Positions 40,953 through 54,455 are shown, counted from the whole stretch's first letter. The stretch is DNA of 63,572 bases, filler included, from Octopus bimaculoides (GCF_001194135.2; 7 parts of 5 records of this genome joined end to end with filler, not necessarily neighbours in it), one strand, 5' to 3'. Translations and numbers: made by a program. The notes: generated from the letters alone by a model not told the origin.

Positions 40953-41599
40953 CACCAACACATATTAAGTTCCTCCTGTGTGGTTATTTGACTGGTTTTT
41001 CAGCCTCCTGGCTAAGCTCAAGTTAGTGTCAAGCATATAGACATGTGTATACAATCCCATAACTATACGCATATGTATACATGCACACATACATACATAC
41101 ATACATACATACACTCTGCTTTTTTTTTTCCTTCAATGTCTACGTAGCTGTTTAATTTCTTTTTACAAGATAGCAATTAACGTACGATTTTTCAATGAAA
41201 CATGCCTGCTATTTCCAGCAATTTGACCGTCCTGATAAAGGGCTTCCCCTCACCGACACGCTAACTGCTATGAAGAACGCTGCATTTCATCATCTGTTTC
41301 TTCATAGTACCTACCATAGACGCTAACGAGAATGATGTCTTTTTTGTTGTTGTTGTTGGATGTTGCTGTTGTTGTTATCTGTATCACTGGAGATGGTTGT
41401 TAACTCGTATGACACAGTTTATCGCGTAGATCTGTATGTTAAACATGGCGCTTAACCAGACCGTTGAAGATTGCCAACAAACGTCTTGTATTTGTATGTG
41501 TACATAGAAATACGTACGAGCACATACTTACATGCATACATACAAACATACATACACACACGCACGAACACACACACACACACACACACGCACACATAT

Positions 41600-41636
<37 letters not shown>

Positions 41637-42149
41637 NNNNNNNNNNNNNNNNNNNNNNNNNNNNNNNNNNNNNNNNNNNNNNNNNNNNNNNNNNNNNNNN
41701 NNNNNNNNNNNNNNNNNNNNNNNNNNNNNNNNNNNNNNNNNNNNNNNNNNNNNNNNNNNNNNNNNNNNNNNNNNNNNNNNNNNNNNNNNNNNNNNNNNNN
41801 NNNNNNNNNNNNNNNNNNNNNNNNNNNNNNNNNNNNNNNNNNNNNNNNNNNNNNNNNNNNNNNNNNNNNNNNNNNNNNNNNNNNNNNNNNNNNNNNNNNN
41901 NNNNNNNNNNNNNNNNNNNNNNNNNNNNNNNNNNNNNNNNNNNNNNNNNNNNNNNNNNNNNNNNNNNNNNNNNNNNNNNNNNNNNNNNNNNNNNNNNNNN
42001 NNNNNNNNNNNNNNNNNNNNNNNNNNNNNNNNNNNNNNNNNNNNNNNNNNNNNNNNNNNNNNNNNNNNNNNNNNNNNNNNNNNNNNNNNNNNNNNNNNNN
42101 NNNNNNNNNNNNNNNNNNNNNNNNNNNNNNNNNNNNNNNNNNNNNNNNN

Positions 42150-42184
<35 letters not shown>

Positions 42185-42486
42185 ACACATAGGGAATTTG
42201 TTGAATCAAAAATAAACGAGAGTAGAAAATCGGAATACTATAACTAAAGAAGTGAATTAGCGAAAGTTAATATGTATGCACACACCCACATATATATGTA
42301 TATATACACACATACGATCATATTCACAGACGCACGCACACTCACGCACACGTACAAACACACACACATATATTTGTATTAATATGAATAAATGAATATA
42401 TTTGTATTCATATATGTATGTATATATACAAATATATATAAAAATATACTTACATATGTATATATGTGCATATATGTATATGTATA

Positions 42487-43136
42487 TACTAACTGACGTA
42501 CCCGGTAATTCCCGGGAAAGCGGGGCTTATCCCTTGGTTCCGTTCTCATAACTGTTTCGTTAATCCAGTAATAACAATAAAGATTATGTACCCTTAAAAC
42601 GGTTTTTGTGCATTTATTGAGAATACCGAACTGTCTTACACAGGATCTTGCTTTTAGGAATCCCCAATAAGTCATGAATACCCAAATTGTGAAGTCAGTT
42701 ATGTAAGAACATGAAATTAATTGCCTGATAGTAAGAATTCAAATAACGTAGCCCCGAAAAGGGCTTTAATACGTTCCCAGAGTATATAGAACTTAGGAAG
42801 AAATACTAATAAGATATGTATACTAGAATCGTGAAGTATGTTATGTAATAACAGGCAATTCAAAGTAAATAACTCTGAAAAGGGTTTTTGTGCGTTCGCA
42901 GAGAATGTTACCCTCAGCGGCGCTAGTGTTGGTATATTTGTGAATAAGTCGCTAACCGAAGTAAGTGGATCTATTGTTTAGGAAAATACTATATACTTGT
43001 TTAAGTGATGAACTGGATAAATTGCGAAAATAACTCAACTAGTTCAAATACTAAGAAATAAGCATACTCAGTTTGATTTATACGAAATAATTTACGAACA
43101 TGAATGGGTTATTTCCCTCGGCTGTATATAAGGATC
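42487..43136 (+). mobile_element. Possible non-autonomous Helitron-like element
   Basis: Starts actaactgacgtacccggtaattcccggg (short GC hairpin resembling actagc..tacccggcgttgcccggg Helitron-N termini); internal gcggcgctag; ends tgtatataaggat; no TIR or TSD seen. Confidence 0.4.
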
Positions 43137-43139
43137 CCT

Positions 43140-43345
43140 CTCATATGTATGTATGCATGTTTGTATGTATGTACGTATGTATGTATACATGCATGTATGT
43201 ATATATGTATATATGTATGCATGCATGCATGCATGCATGCATGCATGTATATATGCACGTATGTATGTATATATGTATATATGTATGTATGCATGTATGT
43301 ATGCATGTATGTATGTACGCATGTATGTATGTATGTATGTATGCG
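43140..43345. repeat. (ATGT)n/(ATGC)n tetranucleotide mosaic
   Basis: Direct inspection. Confidence 0.9.
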
Positions 43346-43359
43346 TGTATCTTTGTTAA

Positions 43360-43545
43360 TGACAACCGGTGTTGGTTTATTTACATTTCTGTAACCTAAC
43401 GCTTGGGCAAAAGACACCGATGGAATAAGTACTCGACTTATTTAAATGAAAAAAAAAATGTACAGGAACTGAATTGTTAAACTAAAACGCTTCACAGTGG
43501 TACCCCAGCATGGCCGCAGTCCAATGGCTGAAATAAGTAAAAGAT
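43360..43545 (+). mobile_element. SINE family A, 3' half
   Basis: ccagcatggccgcagtccaatggctgaaataagtaaaaga tail. Confidence 0.65.
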
Positions 43546-44177
43546 ACAAAACAAAATATGTATTCGGTGGTGTTGTTCTATATTCACTCTGTCGAAATGA
43601 ATGTATACCTATGATCGATAGACTGTTCAGACACGGCTTATCTGTGGCCATACAACACATGAAAAAGGAGTCGTTGAGATAGCTTGTATATGGTTGCTCA
43701 GTCGGCTAGAAATAGCAACCTAATCTCTCTTAAATCACATCCTACTGGGTTTTTTGTTTGTTTGTTTTTTTCTTTTTTTCAATGAGTGATACATGAGATG
43801 GCGAAGTCCTAGATACATCATGTCTAAAAAAATTGCAGCTCTATTAAGTGGGGGGACCATGAGATAAATCAATCCAACGATCCAGGCGTTTAACGTGTAG
43901 GAGGAGAAACAGTAACAACAGCAACAGTAACAAGAACAACAAATACTACTACTACTACTACTACTACACTACGGACAGACACGCCTTAGAGCGAACTTGA
44001 GTCTAAATAACAACTACAACATTTAGATTAAAGTTTAATGTTTCTTAACACCGCTGTGAGCTGTGGATTGAGAGAATCGGCAGAGCAACGGGGTGAGTGC
44101 TTCGCAATGTATAGTTACGGCCGCAAAGTTCTGAGTTCAAGCCTTTGAAATCGATGAAGTAAAGTACCAGGTATATA

Positions 44178-44375
44178 TGAGGGTTGCTGGAAAGTTCTCC
44201 ACGCTGGGTAAAAGAAAGTAGAAGAGGATCAGTTAATTATGATTCCATTCAACGTATTCCTCTCTCAGATTCACACACTTATTGCAGCAGTCCTTTAAAA
44301 GAACTAGGAAGCTTGAGCCTCCAACCAGGCCTTACGTGATGCTCTTAAAGCCAGGAACGTTTCAGCACTCCCTCG
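44178..44375. mobile_element. Tc1/mariner MITE inserted in a SINE
   Basis: TA-flanked imperfect TIRs TGAGGGTTGCTGGAAAGTTCT / GGAACGTTTCAGCACTCCCTCG. A related internal fragment lies at 26985-27090. Confidence 0.7.
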
Positions 44376-44544
44376 TACTTGGGGTCGATACAATTAACTA
44401 TACCTTCCCGAGAAAGTTTAACGCTTTGTGGTGGTTGTCCGAATGAAAATAAAAATCGTTATTTCTAAATTACAACTGAACCGTATGGATTGGCAGAAAC
44501 GTATAGATTGAGTGTGAAGGAGAAAAGTGATGACAAGGTTGTAC

Positions 44545-44705
44545 AGTTTCCTATTTCTTTACTGCCCACAAGGGGCTGAACATAGAGGGAACAAACAAGG
44601 GATCAAGTCGATTATATCGACCCCAGTGCGTAACTGGTACTTAATTTATCAACCCCGAAAGGATGAAAGGCAAAGTCGACCTCGGCGGAATTTGAACTCA
44701 GAACG
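44545..44705 (-). mobile_element. SINE family B
   Basis: Core and tail-type-1 homology. Confidence 0.8.
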
Positions 44706-44837
44706 ACCAAATTCACTCACGAGACATTTGTCAGTCCATGGCTATAGAAGAGACTTGTCCAAGGGGCCACGCAGATTAAACCCAAACCCACGTGGTTGCC
44801 AAGGAAGCGTCTTAATCTCACAGCTATGCTTACACTA

Positions 44838-45230
44838 TTATTCTTTTATTCTTTTACTTGTTCCAGTCATTTGACCGCGGCCATACTGGAGCGCCGCTTT
44901 GAAGGGTTTTAGTGGAACAAATCGACCCTAGGACTTATTTTTTTAAGCGTAGTACTTAATCAATCTAGCTCTTTTACCGAACCACTAAGTTGCAGAGACG
45001 TAAACACACCAACACCAGTTGTCAAGCAGTATTGGGGGACAAACACACACACACACACACACACATATGTACGACAGCCTTCTTCCGTTTCCGTCTACCA
45101 AATCCATTCACAAGGTTTTGGTCAGCCCGAGGCTATATTAGAAAGCACTTCCCCAAAGTGCCACAGAGTGGGACTGAACCCAAAACCATGTGATCATGAA
45201 GCAAGCTTCTAACCACACAGCCACGTTTGC
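44838..45230 (-). mobile_element. SINE family A
   Basis: Full-length reverse-complement homology. Confidence 0.85.
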
Positions 45231-45732
45231 GTCTGTTGTGTTAAATGTAATTTCAAAAGTAATTATATATTTGAAATTTGTCTATAAACTTATAACTGTC
45301 TTAGTTTTCTAAATAACCTTGGCAATTCCACAGGTCCTGATAATGTAGATTATTGGAATAACAGTATGTTGGTGTGTGGAATATCAGAACAGAATTACAG
45401 AATTTTTTTCTTGTTTTTAGCAATTAAAGACTCATTGAAGAAAGAAAAAAAATATAAAGTAAAAAAAATAATCATAAAAAACGGTTAAAAAAGAATATAT
45501 AAAAATATCATATATACACATAAAAGTAAGTACACAGATGCACAAAGATATACAAATATATACATATATATATATATACACACATAGACACATAGATATA
45601 TGTGCATATGTTTACACACACACACGAATACACATTTACACACATACACAAGTGCACACACAGTCCCTCCCATACGCGCATATACACGTTAACACGCACA
45701 CACACACACACACACGCACGCACACGTATATG

Positions 45733-45778
<46 letters not shown>

Positions 45779-46344
45779 TACACATTCAAACACACATACA
45801 CATACACACACACAAATATATCCACATTCAGACAGCGAAAGAAAGCCATCCAGGTTCTGATTAGAATGCAGCGTAGCCCCTTTAATATCAAACATCTGTT
45901 CGACTGCCCCTCCTTTCTCCGACAGCGTCTAACGATAGGAGCAGGGCCAAATGACCCTAGATATGTCAATATTTTCTGTCAGACACTCACTAAGGAGGAG
46001 AAACAGATAGCTTAAGGAGGTACGGGCAGGGGTGGTGTAGGGCCTTGTTGCTCTATGTTAAGTGGTACTGCTGTCTGTCTTTCGTGGAGTATAATACAAA
46101 TGCGTATATATCTACACACATGCGCATGCAAACGCGTACAACCACACACACACACACGCACGCGCGCACACACACATATTTATTCTCACTCTCTCGATAT
46201 ATACATATACACATATATCATAGATATACGCACACATCTATATATGTGTGTGTGTGTGTATGAGTGTGTATGTATGTTTGCATATATACATACATACATG
46301 CATGCATCTACTGATATATATATACATTCATTCATGTATATAAA

Positions 46345-46404
<60 letters not shown>

Positions 46405-47297
46405 TATACATATATATATATATACATATATATATACATATATATATATATACACATATTTATATATATGAATTCATATGTTTATATAATATACATATGT
46501 GCATATGTACGTATATGAATGCACATACATACATACATACATACATACACACGCATACACACACATATATGTCTGCATACATTTCTTCTGACAACATTCT
46601 TTCTCTCAATTCGCGCGCGCGTACGTGTGTATATACTTAGTGCTTCTATCCAGTCAGTTGGACAGCCTGTCATAGAACGAAAGAAACAGACCAGTTAAGA
46701 CAGAGTGCTGCCACAGGGTTGCCCAGTTCTGCTAGAAATAGTTGCTATGTCCTATTCGTACCTCACCCGACCTATACTCTGTGGATAAAGAGTTGATTCT
46801 TTCCAAGATATTCATACTACGTCTGAACAAATCAAACAAAAAGTAACATGCAGCAGTCGCCATTAGAACGCCTTGCTCCTTAATCCCAGATTAGCCCTGG
46901 TATTGTTAGGTCAAAGCTAACATGATGGGTGGGTAAACTAGCTGCAACAACAGCAATAACAAGCCAACCAAAGCACTTACTTCTCCAGAGAACCAACCCA
47001 GTCAGCGAGATAGAGGAAACCCATTCGCTCAGCGCCACAGCATATTTCTCTCTCAATCTCTCTGTTTCTTTCTTTCTTCCTCTCTGTCTTTCTCTCTGTC
47101 TTTCTCTCTGTCTTTCTCTCTCTTCGTCTATCTATCTCTCTCTTTTCCTCTCTCTCTCTTTCTCTTCCTCTCTGTCTGCCTATCTCTCTCGTGCTTTACC
47201 CAAAACTTATACCAACTGCCCTTTCTGTCTCTTTTAACTTTGTTTTATGCCTTCTGTCCCTCACTTTTAGTTCCTCTTCCACGGATTTTCTCTAAAT

Positions 47298-47848
47298 CAG
47301 TATTTCTCAACCTGGGTCCATATGGCCCCTGAGAGTCAATATAAAATTTTTGGGGCTCCACGCACCAAAATAGTAAATTAGAAATCCACAATGGTATTTT
47401 AATGGCCCCTGAAAAACGTTTGCTTTAGATGTATGTATTGGTATGTATTGCAAAAAACAGCTGAGTTTCTTTCTCTAACATTTTACATCGTTCAACCTAA
47501 ACAAGTTAATGTGTGAAAAACAAAATAGGAATTAGGAAAGAAGTTTCTATAAAACTAGTTTTTAAACATCAAATGGCTACAGTGATCCACCAGAGTAAAA
47601 TAGTAATCAAAGGGGTCCAGAGATAAAAACAAAATTGTTGAGAACCCCTGCTTTAGATGTATGTATTGGTGTGTATTGCAAAAAACAGCTGAGTTTCTTT
47701 CTCTAACATTTTACATCGTTCAACCTACACAAGTTAATGTGTGAAAGACAAAATAGGAATTTTGAAAGAAGTTTCTATAAAACTAGTTTGTAAACATCGA
47801 ATGGTTATGGGGTCCACCAAAATAAAATTGTAATCAATGAGGTCCAAA
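47298..47848. mobile_element. hAT MITE (47298-47650, family of 6891-7164) plus partial tandem copy (47651-47848)
   Basis: Ends CAGTATTTCTCAAC / GTTGAGAACCCCTG; about 200 bp of internal sequence is repeated immediately downstream. Confidence 0.75.
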
Positions 47849-47859
47849 CACCTGCTGTA

Positions 47860-48150
47860 AATGATTCTCAGGTATCTTGCTCTCTTTCTCTCTGGGTGTT
47901 CCAATCCAAGTTTTGTCTTGCCTTGCCAAGCCAGCCTTCCTCTTATCATATTCTAAGCCTATAACCTATCTATCTTCACCTAACATCTTGTTAGTTGTTG
48001 GCTGATGGGTTCCCGTTTGGCTTTAGCCCAAAGTTCTTTGTTAATCACAGTTTCTGAATAATTAAAACTCGAGACGTTTCGAAGTCTCTCTCAGCAAATA
48101 ATTGAAGTTTTCTGGTGATATCTGCATTTACTCGCCATCACTTGGTACCA
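47860..48150 (-). mobile_element. Possible degenerate RTE-clade 3' fragment
   Basis: GKARQNLDWNTQRER resembles the RTE motif RQAL.WNPQGKR. Confidence 0.35.
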
Positions 48151-48408
48151 GAGATCGAGGCAGAGATCGATTTACTATTGAAAATTACATCCATCCAGTT
48201 CCTCCGCCCATTTATTGAAAATTCTGTGTTCAATGCATGATCATAGATCTTTGAATCAAGCCTGATCTAAGTTCGACAACAAGCACATGCCCAGCGAAGT
48301 GAAGGATCTACTCGCTTCGTAAAATGATGTTAAATTTACTTTAATTTATATACCTTGTGTTATGCTATGCTGATGATTTCTTATAGGAATGAAATAGTGC
48401 TCTCTCTC

Positions 48409-48456
<48 letters not shown>

Positions 48457-48589
48457 NNNNNNNNNNNNNNNNNNNNNNNNNNNNNNNNNNNNNNNNNNNN
48501 TTAATTAATTAANNNNNNNNNNNNNNNNNNNNNNNNNNNNNNNNNNNNNNNNNNNNATATATATATATATACATATACAAAACATATTT

Positions 48590-48745
48590 TTACAGAGTCT
48601 CCATCTACAAGGTTCACTCACAAGATATTGGTTGGCTCAGTGTTATAGTAGAAGACACTTGACCAAGGTGTGGCACATAGTGGAAACTGAACCCAAAATC
48701 ATGCGGCTGTAAAGCAAGTTACTTAACCACACGGCCGTGCCTGCA
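48590..48745 (-). mobile_element. SINE family A, head half
   Basis: gaagacacttgaccaaggtg...gcaagttacttaaccacacggcc. Confidence 0.7.
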
Positions 48746-49264
48746 CTTATTCCTAAAGCATCATTTTAAGTTTGCCCAACAATGATCTTCAAACTGGAAA
48801 CTCTCTATGACAAAGATAGAACCAATGAAAAAGACAGCATGTGCGTGTGTGTGTGTGTGTGTGTGTGTATACACTCTATATACACATATAATACGTGTGT
48901 GACTGGCATCTAGAAATATCACCATTTCTTGTGGGGTTTCATCTGTTGTCATGTGTTATTATTATAGCTGCAAGCACGTTGTCTCTTGTCAATTAACAAG
49001 AAATGTCAGTCGTTATTTACCATGTCTCAATTGTATTGGTTTAGCAGCAATCGTTTGTGTTCTCGGCATTCAAGCCTTGCTGTGTGATTAAGAATCTTGC
49101 TTTGCAATCGCTTGCCTCCCAGTAGGATTCCGCTGTGGGACACCTTGGCAGCTGTCTTGTGCCGTGGTGATGGATTACCCAATACCTTGAGAGTGAAACT
49201 TTGCATTTGATAACCTTACAAGAAAGGATTGACATGTGAGAAATTGACTTAAAATGCTAATGAC

Positions 49265-49462
49265 TACTCTTTTACTTGCTTCAGTCATTTGACTGTGGCC
49301 ATGCTGGAGCACCGCTTTTAGTCGAGAAAATCAAGCCCAGGACTTATTCTTTGTAAGCCTAGTACTTATTCTATCGGTCTCTTTTTGACGTAAACACACC
49401 AGCATCGGTTTTCAAGCAATGGTGGGGGGACAAATACAGACACACAAATATATACTCACACA

Positions 49463-49496
<34 letters not shown>

Positions 49497-49655
49497 ACGG
49501 GCTTCTTTCAGTTTCCGTCTACCAACTCCACTCACAAGGCTTTGGTCGGCCCGAGGCTATAGTTGAAGACACTTGCCCAAGATGCCATGCAGTGGGACTG
49601 AACCCGGAACCATGTGGTTCGTAAGCAAGCTACTTACCACACAGCCACTCCTACG
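49265..49655 (-). mobile_element. SINE family A
   Basis: Full-length, low-divergence reverse-complement copy. Confidence 0.9.
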
Positions 49656-49684
49656 CCTATATACATATATATATATATATATTG

Positions 49685-49770
<86 letters not shown>

Positions 49771-50409
49771 TAAATAGAGAGATAGCTAGATGCAAAAAAG
49801 AATAGAGAGCTACATCATTTCAGTTGATAATTCATAACATACAAATTGGCAACATATGTTTCTGATAAGCTGGTGTTGCATAATACTTTAATGTGATGAT
49901 CTTGCATGTTCATTGATCCACATAAGACCAACTATAGTATTACATAGATCTATAAAATAAACACCAGCATGTCACTCTCAAACCACACCCACACTCCCTA
50001 TTCCTTTGTGTTGTGCTTGTATATATATATATAGGGCTTGGCTGCTCTGCATTGACAAGGGGCAACACCCTGAAACTAGTCTGCAGATGCCAAACCAGCA
50101 GGGGGACACTGCTGACCTCCCCTGTTCGAAGGTTATAAAGGACACAGGTTTCGTGTGTCACATAGCTAGCTAGAGGCGATGGCTTCTTGGAGCTAATTCA
50201 CGGCAGCTTTCGTCCTAATTTTGGGACTGCCATGNNNNNNNNNNCAGGTTTCGTGTGTCACATAGCTAGCTAGAGGCGATGGCTTCTTGGAGCTAATTCA
50301 CGGCAGCTTTCGTCCTAATTTTGGGACTGCCATGTTGGCTTGGCGATAACTATTAATTTCCAGTACCGCTGCCGTAGTCTCCTTTAGAGAGACTTAGAAA
50401 TATTAATAA

Positions 50410-50443
<34 letters not shown>

Positions 50444-50641
50444 ACGTTATAATAGTTATTATGGTAGCTAACTATTTTTGTAGTGGTAGTTGCAGCTGTG
50501 GAGACTAGAATAGTAGTAGGAGCTCCAGTAGTTACTAGTTAATATAGTAGTTATTCTGACCTTTTAATACCAATGATCAACTTCTAATTGTTAATTGTTG
50601 CTCCATTTCTTTTTCTTATCTATATAAATATATATATATGA

Positions 50642-51945
50642 TAGGCTTCTTTCAGTTCCCATCTACCAAATCCACTCACAAGGCTTTAGTTGGCCCAAGT
50701 TTACAGCAGAAGACACTTGCCCAAGGTGTCATGCCATGGTACTGAACCTAGGTCCATGTGGTTAGAAAGCAAACTTCTTATTACACTGCCATATCTATTT
50801 ATATATATATATATATATATGTATATACATACATACATACATACATACATACATACATACATACATACATACAAACATACACAAACACATGTACATATAT
50901 ATATTATATATACATCTCTTTAATTCTTTGAAACCTTACAATTAAGGAGAAGTTGACTATTAATGAAGAAATAAAACTCTGCCGTCGAGGATTTATAAAG
51001 AAACAGCCATAAATGTTTGTTAAATATATGAACTGATAGAATGGGATGATCACAAGTAGAATGGCTTTAATCATAAGTTTGTTTACTGATGACTAACCTG
51101 ACATAATCAGCAACAACCATCACCACTACCACCGCTACCACCATCCATTTATATATAGTTTACTGTTCCATTTAGATAGGATTTTTTTTAAAAATGTATT
51201 CCATTCAGTGAGTGATAAATATCACTTAATGTACACAGTATTTAAAACAAGAGTTACGGTTAGTTTCTTGCCATGGAGACACTGAGATTAGGCAGATTTG
51301 TATAACATGACTTGTGTCTCCAAACAATCTTCTGGCTTAGAACACATGAGATGTGGCTGTGTGGTAAGAAGCTTGCTTCCCAGCCACATGGTTCCGGGTT
51401 CAGAGGCAAGTGTCTTCTACTATAGCCTCGGGCTGACCAAAGCCTTGTGAGTGGATTTGGTAGATGGGAACTGAAAGAAGCCTATTGTGTATGTGTTATG
51501 TGTGTGTGTGTGCGCATGCTGGAACATTGCCTTTAGTCAAGCAAATCGCCCCCCCCCCACTCCCAGTCTAATTGTTGTAGGAAGAATTTATGGTAAGAAT
51601 TTTTGGTAGGAGTGGCTGTCTTTTGTGTGTCTCCCTTCACACGTGCATAGAAGAATGGTCAGTAGAAAGGTGTTTAACTGGTAGTTTGAAGTATGTGCTT
51701 GTATGTGTGTGTGTGTGTGTGTATATATATGTGTGCATGTGTGTTTTGTGTGCAGTGTGTGCCTGTGTGTGTGTGTGTATATATATATGTACTTCAGGCT
51801 TCTTTCAGTTTCTGTCTACCAAAGCCACTCACAGGGCTTTAGTCAGCCTGGGGCTATAGTTGAAGATGCTTGCTCAAAGCGTGCCTTGCAGTGGGACTGA
51901 ACTTGGAACCATGCTGCTGGGAAGCAAACGTCTTATTACAGAACT
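50642..51945. mobile_element. Three SINE family A head halves (50642-50790 -, 51352-51490 +, 51795-51945 -)
   Basis: Each homologous to 24707-24855. Confidence 0.75.
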
Positions 51946-52290
51946 ATGCCTATGCGTTGAGACCACCTCAATACATCATTAGAATGAGATAAACATTTAT
52001 CAGTTGATTTTAATTATCAAATAGAACAGGAACTCCATTTATCTAATTTATGATGCAACAGTGACAAGTGGACATTTTATAAACGAGGACATTAATAAGT
52101 GAATGAGATTAGTGTTTGTCCTTTATGCTCAACACAAGCGCAAATTGTAATCGACAGATGATGATGATAACGACCACGACAAAGATAACTTACATAATGG
52201 CAGGGATACTAATGATGATTACGATTATCTTATCTTTTACTTGTTTAAATCATTGCACTGAAGTGAAGCTGCATGGCTTAGTGGTTCGGG

Positions 52291-53157
52291 CAGTGTTTCT
52301 CAACTGGGGTTCCGCAAACGGTTCCTAGCAGTTCCACGAAAAAGAGCAAGATGAGCTATTGCTAATTTCAATATATATATATAAGTTTATATACACATAC
52401 ATATGTGAACTACGATGAAAAAAATATGAGAAAGATATGGTATATAATTTTTTTTTTTGTGTAGGAATTCCTTGAGACATGTAATTTATTTTTAAGGGTT
52501 GCCGTTGCCAATACCGCCTGACTGGCCTTCGTGCGGGTGATACGTAAAAGCACCCACTACACTCTCGGAGTGGTTGGCGTTAGGAAGGGCATCCAGCTGT
52601 AGAAACTCTGCCAAATTAGATTGGAGCCTGGTGCAGCCATCCGGTTTCACCAGTCCTCAGTCAAATCGTCCAACCCATGCTAGCATGGAAAGCGGACGTT
52701 AAACGATGATGATGATGATGATGATGATATATATATACACTCTCTGAGTGGTTGGCGTTAGGAAGGGCATCCAGCTGTAGAAACTCTGCCAAATCAGACT
52801 GGAGCCTGGTGTTGCCATCCGGTTTCACCAGTCCTCAGTCAAATCGTCCAACCCATGCTAGCATGGAAAGCGGACGTTAAACNNNNNNNNNNNNNNNNNN
52901 NNNNNNNNNNNNNNNNNNNNNNNNNNNNNNNNNNNNNNNNNNNNGAGTGGTTGGCGTTAGGAAGGGCATCCAGCTGTAGAAACTCTGCCAAATCAGACTG
53001 GAGCCTGGTGTTGCCATCCGGTTTCACCAGTCCTCAGTCAAATCGTCCAACCCATGCTGGCATGGAAAGCGGACGTTAAACGATGATGATGATAATGATG
53101 ATGATGATAATGATGATGATGATGGTTACACAAGGGTAGAAAGGTTGAGAAACACTG
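52291..53157. mobile_element. hAT MITE interrupted by RTE-related SINEs and itself inserted in a tRNA-SINE head
   Basis: Perfect 14-bp TIR CAGTGTTTCTCAAC; TSD GGTTCGGG/GGTTAGGG. The flanks rejoin into TGGCTTAGTGGTTAGGG...GAGTTCAATTCC (A and B boxes). Confidence 0.85.
52500..53125 (+). mobile_element. Three tandem RTE-related non-autonomous retroelements (family C) with (GAT)n tails
   Basis: gagtggttggcgttaggaagggcatccagctgtagaaac...cccatgctagcatggaaagcggacgttaaac(gat)n repeated three times, one junction at a gap. Confidence 0.85.
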
Positions 53158-53605
53158 GGTTAGGGTATTCGGCTCATGATTGTAAGGTCATGAGTTCAAT
53201 TCCCAGAGAAGTGGTTTAAAGTTAGATTCTTGGCCCTTTTATATATAAAAAAACTTTGTGAGTTTTGCCAAGCAAGGGAGAAGAGAGAAGAAAGAATTTT
53301 TTTGAGAAGGAGGAGGAGGTAAAGAGGCATAACTTTTATATTGATATGGTCAGACTTGTTTGTTTAATACTTAGTGGCCTTTTAGGGTGTGGAAGGAAAA
53401 AGAATTTTTGTATTTGAATTGGTCAAGATTTTAATTGAAAAAAACCAGATGTTGTTCTTGACTTTCTTCAGTAAAAATTATAATTGCATTTCCAGGTCTT
53501 GTTTCNNNNNNNNNNNNNNNNNNNNNNNNNNNNNNNNNNNNNNNNNNNNTTAATTAATTAANNNNNNNNNNNNNNNNNNNNNNNNNNNNNNNNNNNNNNN
53601 NNNNN

Positions 53606-53750
53606 ATTCCCATAACTTAGCAGTTCAGCAAAAGAGACGGATAAAATAAGTACTAGGCTTACAAAAAATAAGTCCTGGGGTCAATTTACTCGACTAAAGA
53701 CGGTGCTCCAGCATGGCCGCAGTCAAATGACTGAAACAAGTAAAAGAATA
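53606..53750 (+). mobile_element. SINE family A, 3' part
   Basis: cataacttagcagttcagcaaaagagac...tgactgaaacaagtaaaagaata. Confidence 0.8.
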
Positions 53751-53904
53751 TGGATAGATAGATATGTTAATGGCTAATTAATCTTTCATGATATTATTAT
53801 TCACAGGTATAATTGCATCATTCATAATGAGATTATTTCTTAAAAGACTCTTTCAAATTTATGCTAACGATATTTATTGTTTTTTAATTTCTCCTCATTT
53901 ATCT

Positions 53905-54095
53905 AAAATGAGGCTCCCATGCTGGTGGCACGCAATAAGCACCATTCATGCATGGGTTGTTTTGTCAGTGCCTCCTGACTGGCTCCTTGTGCTGCTGGCA
54001 CGTAAAAAGCACCATCTGAGCGTGCTCGATGCCAGCCCCCGTCCCCTCCCAACCCAGTTGGCTCCTGTGCTGGTGGCACATAAAAAGCTGTGAAT
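53905..54095 (+). repeat. Family C 5' tandem units (about 65-75 bp, x3)
   Basis: ggctcc..gtgc..gtggcacgtaaaaagcacc repeated. Confidence 0.7.
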
Positions 54096-54214
54096 GATGT
54101 CATTGGAACCATAGGAAAAAGGCAATTCTGTGTTGTTATCTACCATCAGCGACAGATGCTGAGTTGTCATTGATAACCACTAGGAACTTGTTCTTACATC
54201 CAAACAGCAAATAG

Positions 54215-54455
54215 GGTAGCAAGCTGGCAGAACCGTCAGCACGTCAGGCAAAATGCTCAGCAGCATTTCACTTGTCTTTACATTTTGAGATCAAATTCCA
54301 CCAAGGTCTACTTTATCTTTCATCCTTTCTTTCGGGGTCAATAAAATAAGTACCAATTATTGACCCCCGCCTCCGGTGGGGTGGGGGGTTCAATGAAATC
54401 GACTTACCCCTCCCCTTAAATTACTGGCCTTGTGCTGAAATCTGAAACTGATATT
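54215..54455 (+). mobile_element. SINE family B
   Basis: gcaagctggcagaaccgtcagcacg head and core. Confidence 0.8.

Noticed and set aside
49055-49235. Minus-strand open frame with splice-like ends (YQMQSFTLKVLGNPSP...)
   Set aside because: The + strand is a degenerate family A SINE head (gctgtgtgattaagaatcttgc...caccttggcagctgtcttg).
52620-52645. CTGAGGA...GAAAC on the minus strand of family C copies
   Set aside because: Only 5 unpaired nt between the core halves; no stem II or stem I can form.
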